Both the position numbers and the translations under genes were made by a program. Below, in pieces: positions 12,631-27,100 of a DNA stretch of 64,000 bases. Under the pieces are notes generated by a model, which did not search any database, had not been told where the DNA came from, and saw only the letters and a program-made list of their open reading frames with translations. The first letter of the stretch is position 1. Every line of letters begins with the position of its first letter. The DNA is from Tubiluchus corallicola (taxonomy: Eukaryota; Animalia; Priapulida): positions 27,812 through 91,811 of the forward strand of contig JAQGDQ010000820.1 in the NCBI GenBank assembly GCA_030141605.1, in the 5' to 3' direction.

Positions 12631-13337
12631 TTATATGTTTGTCTATGCCACAACAGACAGAATCAGCGTGTGACAAAAATGCAAAGTAATAACTCCAGAA
12701 AACTCTTCCAAGGTCATGTGATTTTAAAAAACAAAAAAGATTCTACTTTGTCTCTTCGGACAACAGTGAAAAATTGTTGGAAAGGTGCCAACTTTGAAAA
12801 ATGTGCTCAAGGGGAGCATTTGCTGCCCTTGTTCCCTGAAAAATGTGCCCAAGGGGAGAATTTGCTGCCCTTGTCGTGAAAATGTGCTCTGGGGGAGAAT
12901 TTGCTGCCCTTGTTCCCTGAAAAATATGATTAAGGGGAGAATTTGTTGCCCTTGTTCCCTTATTAGTTACTCCACAGGGTTTATAACTTTTTACTAAGAG
13001 ACACATTTCTCAAGTCTGAGTTTGAGTTTTAAAAAAATAGTGCATGTCGGTATGAGTTAATGACTCGAGTATTGGTTTGTACATCCTGGTACCTCCTCTC
13101 TAGATTTAATAGCGCCCTTTGTTTTTCCATCTTTCTTGCTTCCTTTGCAAATCCTTTTTTATTGTATGGCTCATATTAAAGTGCAGTGGAAATTTTATAT
13201 GGCATCACAACTGATTGCCCTGCACTTTTAAATTTTAACTGCATTTATTGCTTGAAGAAGTCTTTAAACTTGACATTAATTTGTACAGTATAATATTTTA
13301 AAATCATTCTAAGATCTCTTATATTAATATTCTTGGT

Positions 13338-13560
13338 ATATATATATATAAGATTCGAGGCTACAGCCCGGACGAGGGCACCATTTGCGGCGATCTATAC
13401 ATCAAACGAAAGGTCTCGATCTAGTGTCGTCTCATTGATGGTTTATTTTTCGAATCGGGCCCACCGGGAGGAGGGGGCGGCGAAAAACCTCCAAAAATGG
13501 CCCTTTTTCGGCCGTTTTTTGCAAAAAATTGCAAAAGTTATACGGCTGAGATGTAGTCTT
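13338..13560 (+). mobile_element. 5' fragment of a Helitron-like element
   Basis: TATATATATAAGATTCGAGGCTACAGC...AAGGTCTCGATCTAGTGTCGT is nearly identical to the head of the element at 19278-20007. Confidence 0.6.
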
Positions 13561-14116
13561 GAAATAATTTATGAGTAGATTATGTAATTAAAATTGTTTT
13601 TAGATACAACATTTAATGAGTGTGAGAAAATATTTATAAAAGTAATGTGTTTACGTTAAATCATACGTTAAATTTACAATCATTTTCACTGTTCTATGCA
13701 CGACAAAAATTTACACGTAGTCCCAGCCATTTAATCTTGCAAGTCACTGTCTATTAAGGCCAAAAGATTTTCGTGAAGTGTAAATTTCACAAAAACTTAT
13801 ACGTTTCATGTCATTATACATGGTACAAGATTACTTTACATTTCTTACAAGATTACACAGTCACTACTTAAAGATTTCTTTTTTAATTATAATAGTAATA
13901 ACCAATCATTAAAATTTACAGCATACAATAATATATTCAAATTTATAAGTAGAAGTAGCAATGCTTCCTTGTTTTTTTAAAAATGCTAAACAAAAAAACT
14001 CATTTGCTGTACAAGATAGAAATTGATCAGCAATTTTCGCTAATTTTTATTTTTAAAGTGAGATTTTTCCTGGAAGTGCTTACATGTACGAATCCTTCCT
14101 TTTTTGTTTTTCTAGA

Positions 14117-16016
<1,900 letters not shown>

Positions 16017-16116
16017 TATTTATAGAATGTTGTGAACAGTGTTAATAAAATACGAAATATGTTAACATGTTAGATGAATACAGCTTTACGGTAATACTGT
16101 AATTCTTGTGGTAACG

Positions 16117-17052
16117 ATGCCAAATAAGGACATGTCTGATATAACAAAACTGGACCTCTACGCGGTGCTAGAGGTCAGCCCAGATGCAACCAGCCAAGAG
16201 ATTGTGAGAGCTTATCGTAAGAAAGCTCTGAAGTGCCATCCCGATAAGAATCCGGACAACCCGAGAGCGGCCGAGATGTTTCACCAGCTGTTTCAAGCTC
16301 TCGAGGTGTTGTCCGACGAACTTGCGCGTGCCGCGTACGACAAAGTGTTGAAAGCAAAGAAAGCCCACGAGATTCGACACCGGAAACTCGACGCTAAACG
16401 CAAGAAGCTCAAGGAAGATTTGGAAAGTCGAGAAACTGCGGCCCGGAGCGAAAACGAGAAGAAAGAGGTGGCAAAAGAGAAACTCCTAGCCGAAATAGAA
16501 CGGTTACGTAAAGAGGGATCAAGTTTGCTCGAAAGAGAGCAAGAGCTCTTGCGGGAGCAGTTGAAAAGAGAGTCCGCAAGTAAGAGTAGCCCTATGGCTG
16601 GCCCTTCCGAAGTGGCGATGGCCAGGTTGAAGATTAAATGGAAAAGTTCAAAGAACGATCCATCTAATGGTGGCTATAGTGAAACAATTTTACGCGAAAT
16701 GTTTAGCAAATACGGAAAAGTGAACTTGATTTTGGTGTCTAGCAAGAGGAACGGTAGCGCCATAGTTGAATTCTGTAGTGCGGACAGTGCAGAAATGGCC
16801 TCAAGACATGAGCGTGGTTTTCAAGACAATCCCATATCATTGTCCTGGATCGGCGAAAGACCAAGCCACGTTTCTAGTGAGGCGCCCGAGAATGGTCGTC
16901 CACCGGGAAGTGGAGCAGATTCAGCGTCTACGAATGTCCCCGGTTCCGCACCACAAAATGACAGAGATTTTGAAAGCGTCGTCCTGATGAAGCTCAGACA
17001 AGCAGAAGAGAGAAAAAAACTCGCAGAACAAATTGAGGCAGAGGAGCAGTGA
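16117..17052 (+). CDS. DNAJC17: DnaJ homolog subfamily C member 17 (J-domain plus RRM, Cwc23-like), intronless, 311 aa
   Basis: J domain with HPD (LYAVLEV...AYRKKALKCHPDKNPDNP), then a coiled coil, an RRM (RLKIKWK...GGYS...FSKYGKV...GSAIVEF) and the C-terminal RDFESVVLMKLRQAEERKKL. First ATG at 16117. Confidence 0.93.
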   Translation: MPNKDMSDITKLDLYAVLEVSPDATSQEIVRAYRKKALKCHPDKNPDNPRAAEMFHQLFQALEVLSDELARAAYDKVLKAKKAHEIRHRKLDAKRKKLKEDLESRETAARSENEKKEVAKEKLLAEIERLRKEGSSLLEREQELLREQLKRESASKSSPMAGPSEVAMARLKIKWKSSKNDPSNGGYSETILREMFSKYGKVNLILVSSKRNGSAIVEFCSADSAEMASRHERGFQDNPISLSWIGERPSHVSSEAPENGRPPGSGADSASTNVPGSAPQNDRDFESVVLMKLRQAEERKKLAEQIEAEEQ

Positions 17053-18198
17053 TTAAGAATAATACGTTATACTTAGTTAGCAACTTCAGTAGTGCTGTTT
17101 CAATGATAAACACTGGTTGTTTGAAAAATCATATTTTATAGAGCGATGATCGTTTCAGCTGTTGCTATAAATCGAGTCAAGAAAGAAGAACAAAAAATAC
17201 ATTAATGACACAAAAGCACAAACTGAAAGTACAAAACAGCAGATTAGAATTTAACTTCATCAATATAAACCAGGTTGTAACAGAAAAGATTGCAGAGAAA
17301 TGTAAAAAATTTTGTAATGTAAAAAATGTAAAAAACACATGAGAAGCAGAAAACAACATAACATATTCAATTCAATTCAGTTTTATTTGCACAAATACAT
17401 ACAATGTACATTGGCAAAGCAATAAATACTATATAAACTGAAAAAATCATAATAGGCTGTGTGTAAAGTTATTTTCATATACAAATGTTAAGATGTGGCA
17501 TACTGATACTAAAATCACGAATAAAAATTGTATAATTTAGCAATGAAAAAATTAGGTATCTGTAGCAGATTTTTAAATGAAAGATTACAAGTAGTAAAAA
17601 CAATTAGTCTAAGTCTACATAGTGAAGAACCACAGCAGTAAGCATTATAAAAATCAAACACAATTACATTTTGCGCAATTGACAAGTAGGAACTACAATA
17701 AGGGAAACCATGTGGATGTGATGCAGAGAGTAAATCCACCAAGACCACTACGGAACCTGAAGAACATTTCAAAACGGTAATAAGGTACCAAGCTGGCTCT
17801 TTTATGCAAATAATTGTTGGTTTTACGTGCACGGATGAGTTTTCCAGAATCTTTCGTAGAAATGTTCACTAGTATAAGACAGATTCTTGGCAAAGTCTTG
17901 CCTTTTTGTATTTGTTAGTTTTTTAATCATGATAGTAAATATTTGCATACAAGAAGTAAGACTGTCGTGCAGGGGGTATTTAATTTTTAACTGTAGCTTT
18001 GAAATCTGCCCATTAATGCATTAAATAGGTTGTCATTAAATAGTTCAGATTAGATTTAATATTTCATTTCAAACTTCATAAAGTTCATATACACTTCACA
18101 AATTAATACAATAAATCATGACACACAAATAACAATTAACGATATAACAAACTACGCCAATGACGTCTAATTACAGAAGTAAAGTTTGCATCACTGTT

Positions 18199-18468
18199 TC
18201 AAATGTTCTTGCATATAGAATTTTCACTCTTATTCAGCCTGACGTGTAAACTGTGTGCACATTTTCTGTGAATCACATCAAAATAAATAATATTAATATT
18301 AAGTCTAGAAATATATCTAGCGCTCGTATCATATGAAAAGTTAAACAGCTTCCGTGTTGATACATTATGTGCAACCTTGAGTTTGCTAAGATTGTAAGAA
18401 TGAAAATGTCTCCAAGTGGACATACAATAAAAAGTAGTGCAGTAAGCCTTAAACAATTGTCTCTTCAC
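18199..18468 (-). mobile_element. LINE ORF2 3' fragment
   Basis: KRQLFKAYCTTFYCMSTW...LKVAHN...RKLF resembles the LFxxYCxxFYxxxLW post-RT block of invertebrate LINEs. Confidence 0.65.
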
Positions 18469-18580
18469 ATTAACTAGAGAATCATCATTATTTTTACAAT
18501 TTTTAACTGACTGTCTTAAACTAGCTGACTAAATCCTATGGACAGATATGTTGGTTGGCATCCTTCTGTCTCGGATGTTA

Positions 18581-18686
18581 GGTGTTTCTAGGCGGTTACC
18601 CATCCAAGTACTAACCAGGCTGTACGTTGCTTAACTTCGGTGATCAGACGAGAACCGGTGTTTTCAACGTGATTTGGCCGCACAGA
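18581..18686 (-). pseudogene. 5S rRNA-derived sequence (pseudogene or SINE3 head), 3'-truncated
   Basis: Minus strand reads GCGGCCAAATCACGTTGAAAACACCGGTTCTCGTCTGATCACCGAAGTTAAGCAACGTACAGCCTGGTTAGTACTTGGATGGGTAACCGCC. Pol III type-1 box A and box C regions are recognisable. The final 5S stem and oligo-T terminator are missing. Confidence 0.88.
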
Positions 18687-19277
18687 TATTATATTATATG
18701 TTGCATATATAGTTATATAGGTACTATGTTGCTTACTACAACTATATATATATATATATATATATTTAAATAAAATTAAATCAAATTTTACACCTAAGTA
18801 TAATCCGTTTATAGCAAGGTATGTTATAACGAGACTCCGGTTAATACGAACAAATTTCAACTTTGAACTCGTTATAGGCGGATTATACTGTATGATACGT
18901 AATGCAAGCCATGTGTACAAGTGAAAAAACTACTATATAAAGGTTAATTCACATTTTCATATTTCCATATATATATATAATACTATCTTATTATTAACGT
19001 ATTTACTAAGTTCAGATAATGTTCATATAGACAAAAATACTTTTACGTCACACGAACTGTCCAATATTCCTAAATTAAACTGATAACATTACTGCCCACC
19101 AGTGTCTAAAAATCTTTTTATCTATATTCGGGAAAGGATAGCAGACTAGGTGACTTTATAGTCTTTTCGCTATCCTTTCTCTAGTTCTAGATCTGCTGCG
19201 TATTTTTGATTATACCTGTATTTATACGCAAAATTTTTTGCGGGGCCTTTGCTAGTCGTATATATTAATTCTACTGG

Positions 19278-20007
19278 TATATATATATATATATATATAT
19301 ATAAGATTCGAGGCTACAGCCATTTGCGGTGATTTATATATCAAACAAAAGGTCTCGATCTAGTGTCGTGCCATTGGGGGTTTATTTTTCGAATCGGACC
19401 CACTGGGATGAACGGGGGGACGAAAAACCTCCAAAAATGGCGATTTTTCGGCCGTTTTTTGCAAAACACACGTCTGAGATCTGAAGAACGGGAATGGGCC
19501 ATGGGGGGGGGGGGTGCTGGCTATGGATAGATAGCCCGTTCAGCGGTGGGTGTCATAGGCCTATTTAGAATTCCCGAGAGGGCCACGGCGTCCCATAACG
19601 GGCATTTTCCAGGACCCAACTCCCGATTTTTTTGAAATTTTGGCCAAACAGCCTGCGAAAAAAACGTTCTAGCGTCGCCTGGTGGGACTCTCAGTAGGAG
19701 ATATATAGCTCTTTAGAAAGAGGAAGAACAGGGCTACACGATGATGTGGGCTGCATTTTAGGACACGTCCACTGAGAGGAGTAGCGACGAGTTAATTAGA
19801 TGTTCTATTTTCCGCAATTTTCGCTTAGAAAACTGCTGACGCAAAGCCATTGTTCTGACGTCATCCATTATACTCTGCTTATAATCTTAACTCAGTAAAA
19901 GCTGCTGCTGCTGGCTTTGCATAACAAATGAGGACAAAGTAGAATGTTCGCGTATTATTGATTATACGTGTATTTATACGCAAAATTTTTTGCGGGGCCT
20001 TTGCTAG
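19278..20007 (+). mobile_element. Non-autonomous Helitron-like element
   Basis: (TA)n head, 3' hairpin CGCAAAA-TT-TTTTGCG and a CTAG terminus about 9 nt after the hairpin. A near-identical 3' end lies immediately upstream at 19198-19256. Confidence 0.7.
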
Positions 20008-20083
20008 TCGTAATTAATCTAAATCATCTTCCTCTCCCACACGTTTTTTCCACAGTGCACCGTAGGCGTCATTAATTATAAAC

Positions 20084-21884
20084 ATGTCAGCGCACACAGT
20101 GTCAGCATCCACTACAAAACAAAAATGGACAGTGATCAACAATGTTATAAATAAACATAAAAATAAACAAAATAGGTTAAATGAACTTAAAATCAACAAT
20201 ACCACAATAACGAAACCCAAAGATATTGCGAATTTGTTAAATGAGACGTTTGTTAACCTCGGAAACTTTAATTTGCAGAATGATTATTCTGATACCATAA
20301 AAGACAAACTAGAAACTGTAGGACCTGCAAATAACCAATTTTCATTTTCCTGTGTTACTTTTGCTGATATTTTAAAAATAATAAATAATTTAGATGCCAA
20401 TAAAGGTAGTGGCACATCTGGCATACCAATAAAAGTTCTAAAGGACAGTATGCATTTAATTGCTCCACATATAACCTATATCACTAACCAAATAATAATG
20501 CGTGGCAAATTTCCTGATCAATGCAAAACAGCTAATATTACACCAATCCACAAAAAGAATGCTAAAGATGAACCAATAAATTACAGACCAGTATCAATAG
20601 TTCATTGTATGAGTAAAATTTGGGAAAGAGTAATCTAAGATCAAATTATTACATATGTCAATCAAAATGAACTCTTATCGAAACATCAATTCGGATTTAG
20701 AAAAAAAACATTCAACTGTCGATGCTATAATAAACGTAACTGAAAACTGGTGAGATAATTTTGATAAAAACAAATATGTGGCAGCAGCTTTTCTAGATTT
20801 AAGTAAAGCTTTCGACAGTTTAAATCACACACTACTATTAGATAATTTGAAAGAACTTGGATTTGAACAATCTGCATTAAAATTAATTAATGATTACCTA
20901 CAAAATAGAAAGCATCGGGTTAAAATAAACTCTACAACATTCTCAGATTGGGCTAACCTTCAACGAGGTATCCCGCAGGGCACACTGTTGGGACCTCTAC
21001 TGTTTAACCTTTACATCAACAATATTTCTAACGTTCTACAACATTCAAGTATTACGCAATATGCAGACGACACGACTATTTATCTGGCTCACGAGAATAT
21101 CAGCATTGCAAAACAGTACTTAGAAAGAGACATAAAGAATATCAACATGGCATTTAATTATTACAAACTAAAAATGAATAGTGACAAAACATAATTTATG
21201 GTATTATCCCCTACAATTAACAATACTGAAAATACAGCTGCTATATCCTTGCAAATAGAAAATGATGTTATCGTGCAGTCAAAAGTTGTTAATTTCTTAG
21301 GCGTTAAGTTGGACAACATGCTTACATGGGAAGAGCAGTTCATCAACATTTATAAAAAAATGGCATTAAGTACTTCGTACCTTCGACAAATCAGAGGACA
21401 GCTATCAAAACAAACAAAAATTCTAATTTACAAAACTTTAATTTTGCCCCATTATTTATATGCCTGCATACTGTACCAAAAAGTGAAAAGAGAGTCATAC
21501 ATCAAATTAAATGTACTTCAAAACTATGCTTTACGATTAGTTAATGGTCATTCTTTGAAATCATCTCACAATACAAGTAAATATTCTGCCACCTCTTTAA
21601 GAAACTCCATGAAAATCCCGATATTAGAAGCCCACGGAGATTATCAAACTCTCCTGTTTCTCTATAAATATATCAACAATATTAATTCTCCTTTCAAAAA
21701 CAATAAGCTCCCACTTCTTAAAAACCCCAGTATGAATAACAGAACACTAAATTTAAGAAACATTAGAACGAACAATCAATATGGAAAGAATTCCATTACT
21801 AAGCAAGCAATACAACTTTGGAATTCATTACCGACATCACTAAAACACAGCAGCTCTTTATCAATATTTTTATGTCTAAATTAA
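20084..21884 (+). mobile_element. 5'-truncated CR1/L2-group LINE (inactive RT)
   Basis: RT motifs NYRPVS, QFGFR, FLDLSKAFD, GIPQGTLLGPLLF, YADDT, FLGVKLD and WNSLP spread over three broken ORFs. A (CTA)n tail follows. Confidence 0.92.
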
Positions 21885-21991
21885 AAAAAGCATTTAATGA
21901 CTCGTTTTGAATATCCGACATACGAACACGATGATACTTACTCAAATCATAATTTCATTTTTCCTAGACCTTACTAAACTAGTTTATATTT

Positions 21992-22003
21992 TACTACTAC
22001 TTA

Positions 22004-22080
<77 letters not shown>

Positions 22081-22130
22081 TTACTACTACTACTACTACT
22101 ACTACTATGCTGCTGCTGCTACTGCTGCTG
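21992..22130. repeat. (CTA)n/(CTG)n microsatellite, probable LINE tail
   Basis: Directly visible after the LINE 3'UTR. Confidence 0.9.
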
Positions 22131-23714
22131 CAGAGAAACGCAGCCATAATCCATAATCCGCGAGCCACGAGGTGTTTTCGATCTTCCATAAGGTCACGTG
22201 GTTCGCCTACTCTAGCTAATCTTAGACGATATTTTGACGTTGTTTCCATTGAATCCGTACTTAATCTAAATCATCTTCCTCTCCCACACGTTTTTTCCAC
22301 AGTGCACCGTAGGCGTCATTAATTATAAACATGCTTTTAACGCAAGTGTCAGTGTCACACAGACAAACGCAGCCATAATCCATAATACGTGAGCCACGAG
22401 GTGTCTCTTCCATCTTTCATAAGGCGTATATCATAATCCGCGATATGCTCCATACTGTGTAAACATAGTAAGACGTTTTGCCATAATCCATTTCGGTAAT
22501 AGACGTCTCTAATTATGTAGCATTACTGAAATGTTGTACGCGACATGCGTTCGACTTCGTTTTATCTGAAGAAAAATTAAAAATTCTTTCTGCTAAGCCA
22601 GCGTCTAAACATTAAGTAACTCGTATAATGATAATTAATAATAATATGACATGACGAAATGTGAAAAAATGAAACTTACATCTTTGCCTCATACCGGTGA
22701 CTCACTACTTTCATATCCTAACTGTGAAATGAGGCCAATGGCGTATTTCCTGACCTAGCTCACCTGTCTAAACTAGGAAAAACAAACACCAGGAGGCACC
22801 ACGTGCTTATATCCAAAACAAATGTCTTGCTTAAAAATTGCTTTTTAATGTTTATAAGACCATTCTGGTATGTTTGGTATGTTACCAAGTTGCGTTCTGT
22901 TTTGAATTCTTGTGATATAAATGAATTTTGTGCTTTGAAAACCACAAACGTGCTAATTACTGCATTAGAGAACAAAATCACCTTAATGAAATTAATAATC
23001 AAGTAGATTTCGCAATATGGCGTCTTACGTACCGCTCATGATGAGCCGACCGCGGATTACGACTGACGGCTTCCGGTAGGCAAGGCACGGTAGATGGAAG
23101 ATGACAAAGGCATTATTTGTGTGAGAGGGACCATTGGTCAGCGTATGTGACAGGGACCATTGGTCAGTCTTTTTTCTTTTTTCATGAGGTGGCCTTTTCT
23201 TCTCACGACTCACCCCTTATGAATTATGTCCTCTATTTGACACGTGCCTAAAAAAACTTTTTTACCCTATTTTTAGTTCGTTCTATTTGTAATTAGGGAG
23301 GCCATATTTTAATCTACTTCAAATTCGAATTTTGTAATTTGGTAAATTCTTATTCTTATTGTGTAATTTTCCATTTCCTTTCCGGTCTTTTTTGCTTATT
23401 CAGTTAGTTGGGCGATTGTTCGACCTTGGTCAATTGGTCAAGTAGTTGTTTGATTGGCTCGCTGAAGATTCTTCCATTCATTTTTTCTATATTTTTCTTC
23501 TTCTTTCACTGTTACTTGGTTCCATCCTACTCTCATTCCTGTCTACTCGTCTGTTTGTTTACTTCATTATTCAGTCCGTCAATCGTTTTTTAGGTCGTTA
23601 AACCTTTCACTCTGTCGTTCAGTTTGTCATTCCTTTCATCTTTTGTCTATCAATTTCATCATTCCTCTTCTTATATGTATGCGTTATGCGAAATTTAAAA
23701 TTTACCCAAATATT

Positions 23715-23805
23715 AGCGGCAAACATAATAAGAATTGATCGTACCATGTGCTAGATGACCGAAGCTAGGCAACAGTGAAGCCGGTCAATTACTGGATGGG
23801 TGAAT
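23715..23805 (+). pseudogene. Highly degenerate 5S rRNA-derived fragment
   Basis: GATGACCGAAGCTAGGCAACAGTGAAGCCGGTCAATTACTGGATGGGTGA aligns by eye to 5S GATCACCGAAGTTAAGCAACG...GGTTAGTACTTGGATGGGTGA. Confidence 0.55.
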
Positions 23806-24182
23806 ATCAGCTACAATTCTCACTCATGGTCATTTCGTTCGCTATACTCAGTTTGGTCGTTTACTTCATTGTGGGGAATGCACACATATCACAAAGTGGC
23901 AGTGTCTCATTTCAGAGAATTAATCTTGTATGATTTAGGTTCCTGTATTGCCACACTGTTTATATTAAATATGTCCTGCCAGTGAATCCTGGCTCCTGGC
24001 TGTTTGTGTGCCCGGTTGAACAAAAAATGGGCTTGGTCAAATTTGCTGGAATTTATTTACAATTTATATCTAAATGTGTTTAAATAAAATTTACAAAGTG
24101 TCAAACAGAAAGCAAATAAATCAGTTTTATTTGTAATAAATGCTACATAATATGAGAATCGTTATTAGAAACCTTTACTTTC

Positions 24183-27100
24183 AGTTCATTGTTAATTTAC
24201 AGTGTCTACACAATAAGTTGCTGTCATAATCCAATGACGTCAGAATTCATTGTTAATTTACACTGTCTACACAGTTAGTAGCTGTCATAATCTAATGACG
24301 TCATGATGCATTGTTAATTTACACTGTCTACACAGTTAGTCGCTGTCATAATCCAATGACGTTAGAATTCATTGTTAATTTACACTGTCTACACAGTTAG
24401 TTGCTGTCATAATCCAATGACGTTAGAATTCATTGTTAATTTACACTGTCTACACAGTTAGTCGCTGTCATAATCCAATGACGTCAGAATTCATTGTTAA
24501 TTTACACTGTCTACACAGTTAGTCGCTGTCATAATCCAATGACGTTAGAATTCATTGTTAATTTACACTGTCTACACAGTTAGTCGCTGTCATAATCCAA
24601 TGATGTCAGAATTCATTGTTAATTTACACTGTCTACACAATTAGTAGCTGTCATAATCCAATGACGTCAGAATTCATTGTTAATTTACACTGTCTACACA
24701 GTTAGTAGCTGTCATAATCCAATGACGTCAGAGTTCATTGTTAATTTACACTGTCTACACAGTTAGTCGCTGTCATAATCCAATGACGTCAGAATTCATT
24801 GTTAATTTACACTGTCTACGCACTTAGTCGCTGTCATAATCCAATGACGTTAGAATTCATTGTTAATTTACACTGTCTACACAGTAAGTTGCTGTCATAA
24901 TCTAATGACGTCAGAATTCATTGTTAATTTACACTGTCTACACAGTTAGTCGCTGTCATAATCCAATGACGTCAGAATTCATTGTTAATTTACACTGTCT
25001 ACACAGTTAGTAGCTGTCATAATCCAATGACGTCATAATGCATTGTTAATTTACACTGTCTACACAGTTAGTTGCTGTCATAATCCAATGACGTCATAAT
25101 GCATTGTTAATTTACACTGTCTACACAGTTAGTAGCTGTCATAATCCAATGACGTCAGAATTCATTGTTAATTTACACTGTCTACACAGTTAGTCGCTGT
25201 CATAATCCAATGACGTCAGAATTCATTGTTAATTTACACTGTCTACACAGTTAGTCGCTGTCATAATCCAATGACGTCAGAATTCATTGTTAATTTACAC
25301 TGTCTACACAGTTTGTCGGTGCCATAATCCAATGATGTCAGAATTCATTGTTAATTTACACTGTCTACACAGTTAGTAGCTGCCATAATCCAATGACGTC
25401 ATATTGCATTGTTAATTTACACTGTCTACACAGTTAGTCGCTGTCATAATCCAATGATGTCAGAATTCATTGTTAATTTACACTGTCTACACAGTTAGTC
25501 GCTGTCATAATCCAATGACGTCAGAATTCATTGTTAATTTACACTGTCTACACAGTTAGTCGGTGCCATAATCCAATGACGTCATAATGCATTGTTAATT
25601 TACACTGTCTACACAGTTAGTAGCTGTCATAATCCAATGACGTCAGAATTCATTGTTAATTTACACTGTCTACACAGTTAGTAGCTGTCATAATCCAATG
25701 ACGTCAGAATTCATTGTTAATTTACACTGTCTACACAGTTAGTAGCTGTCATAATCCAATGACGTCAGAATTCATTGTTAATTTACACTGTCTACACAGT
25801 TAGTCGCTGTCATAATCCAATGACGTCAGAATTCATTGTTAATTTACACTGTCTACACAGTTTGTCGCTGTCATAATCCAATGACGTCAGAATTCATTGT
25901 TAATTTACACTGTCTACACAGTTAGTCGCTGTCATAATCCAATGACGTCAGAATTCATTGTTAATTTACACTGTCTACACAGTTAGTCGCTGTCATAATC
26001 CAATGACGTCAGAATTCATTGTTAATTTACACTGTCTACACAGTTAGTCGCTGTCATAATCCAATGACGTCAGAATTCATTGTTAATTTACACTGTCTAC
26101 ACAGTTAGTCGCTGTCATAATCCAATGACGTCAGAATTCATTGTTAATTTACACTGTCTACACAGTTAGTCGCTGTCATAATCCAATGACGTCAGAATTC
26201 ATTGTTAATTTACACTGTCTACACAGTTAGTCGCTGTCATAATCCAATGACGTCAGAATTCATTGTTAATTTACACTGTCTACACAGTTAGTCGCTGTCA
26301 TAATCCAATGACGTCAGAATTCATTGTTAATTTACACTGTCTACACAGTTAGTCGCTGTCATAATCCAATGACGTCAGAATTCATTGTTAATTTACACTG
26401 TCTACACAGTTAGTCGCTGTCATAATCCAATGACGTCAGAATTCATTGTTAATTTACACTGTCTACACAGTTAGTCGCTGTCATAATCCAATGACGTCAG
26501 AATTCATTGTTAATTTACACTGTCTACACAGTTAGTCGCTGTCATAATCCAATGACGTCATAATGCATTGTTAATTTACACTGTCTTCACAGTTAGTCGC
26601 TGTCATAATCCAATGATGTCAGAATTCATTGTTAATTTACACTGTCTACACAGTTAGTCGCTGTCATAATCCAATGACGTCAGAATTCATTGTTAATTTA
26701 CACTGTCTACAAAGTTAGTCGCTGTCATAATCCAATGACGTCAGAATTCATTGTTAATTTACACTGTCTACACAGTTAGTCGCTGTCATAATCCAATGAC
26801 GTCAGAATTCATTGTTAATTTACACTGTCTACACAGTTAGTCGCTGTCATAATCCAATGACGTCAGAATTCATTGTTAATTTACACTGTCTACACAGTTT
26901 GTTGCTGTCATAATCCAATGACGTTAGAATTCATTGTTAATTTACACTGTCTACACAGTTTGTCGCTGTCATAATCTAATGATGTCATAATGCATTGTTA
27001 ATTTACACTGTCTACACAGTTAGTAGCTGTCATAATCCAATGACGTCAGAATTCATTGTTAATTTACACTGTCGACACAGTTAGTCGCTGTCATAATCCA

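Noticed and set aside
16108-16116. GTG start for DNAJC17 from the ORF track
   Set aside because: This is a eukaryotic gene, so the ATG at 16117 (or 16132) is the plausible start.
18581-18686. Functional 5S rRNA gene
   Set aside because: Single copy, 3' stem and terminator missing, and substitutions at the 5' end.
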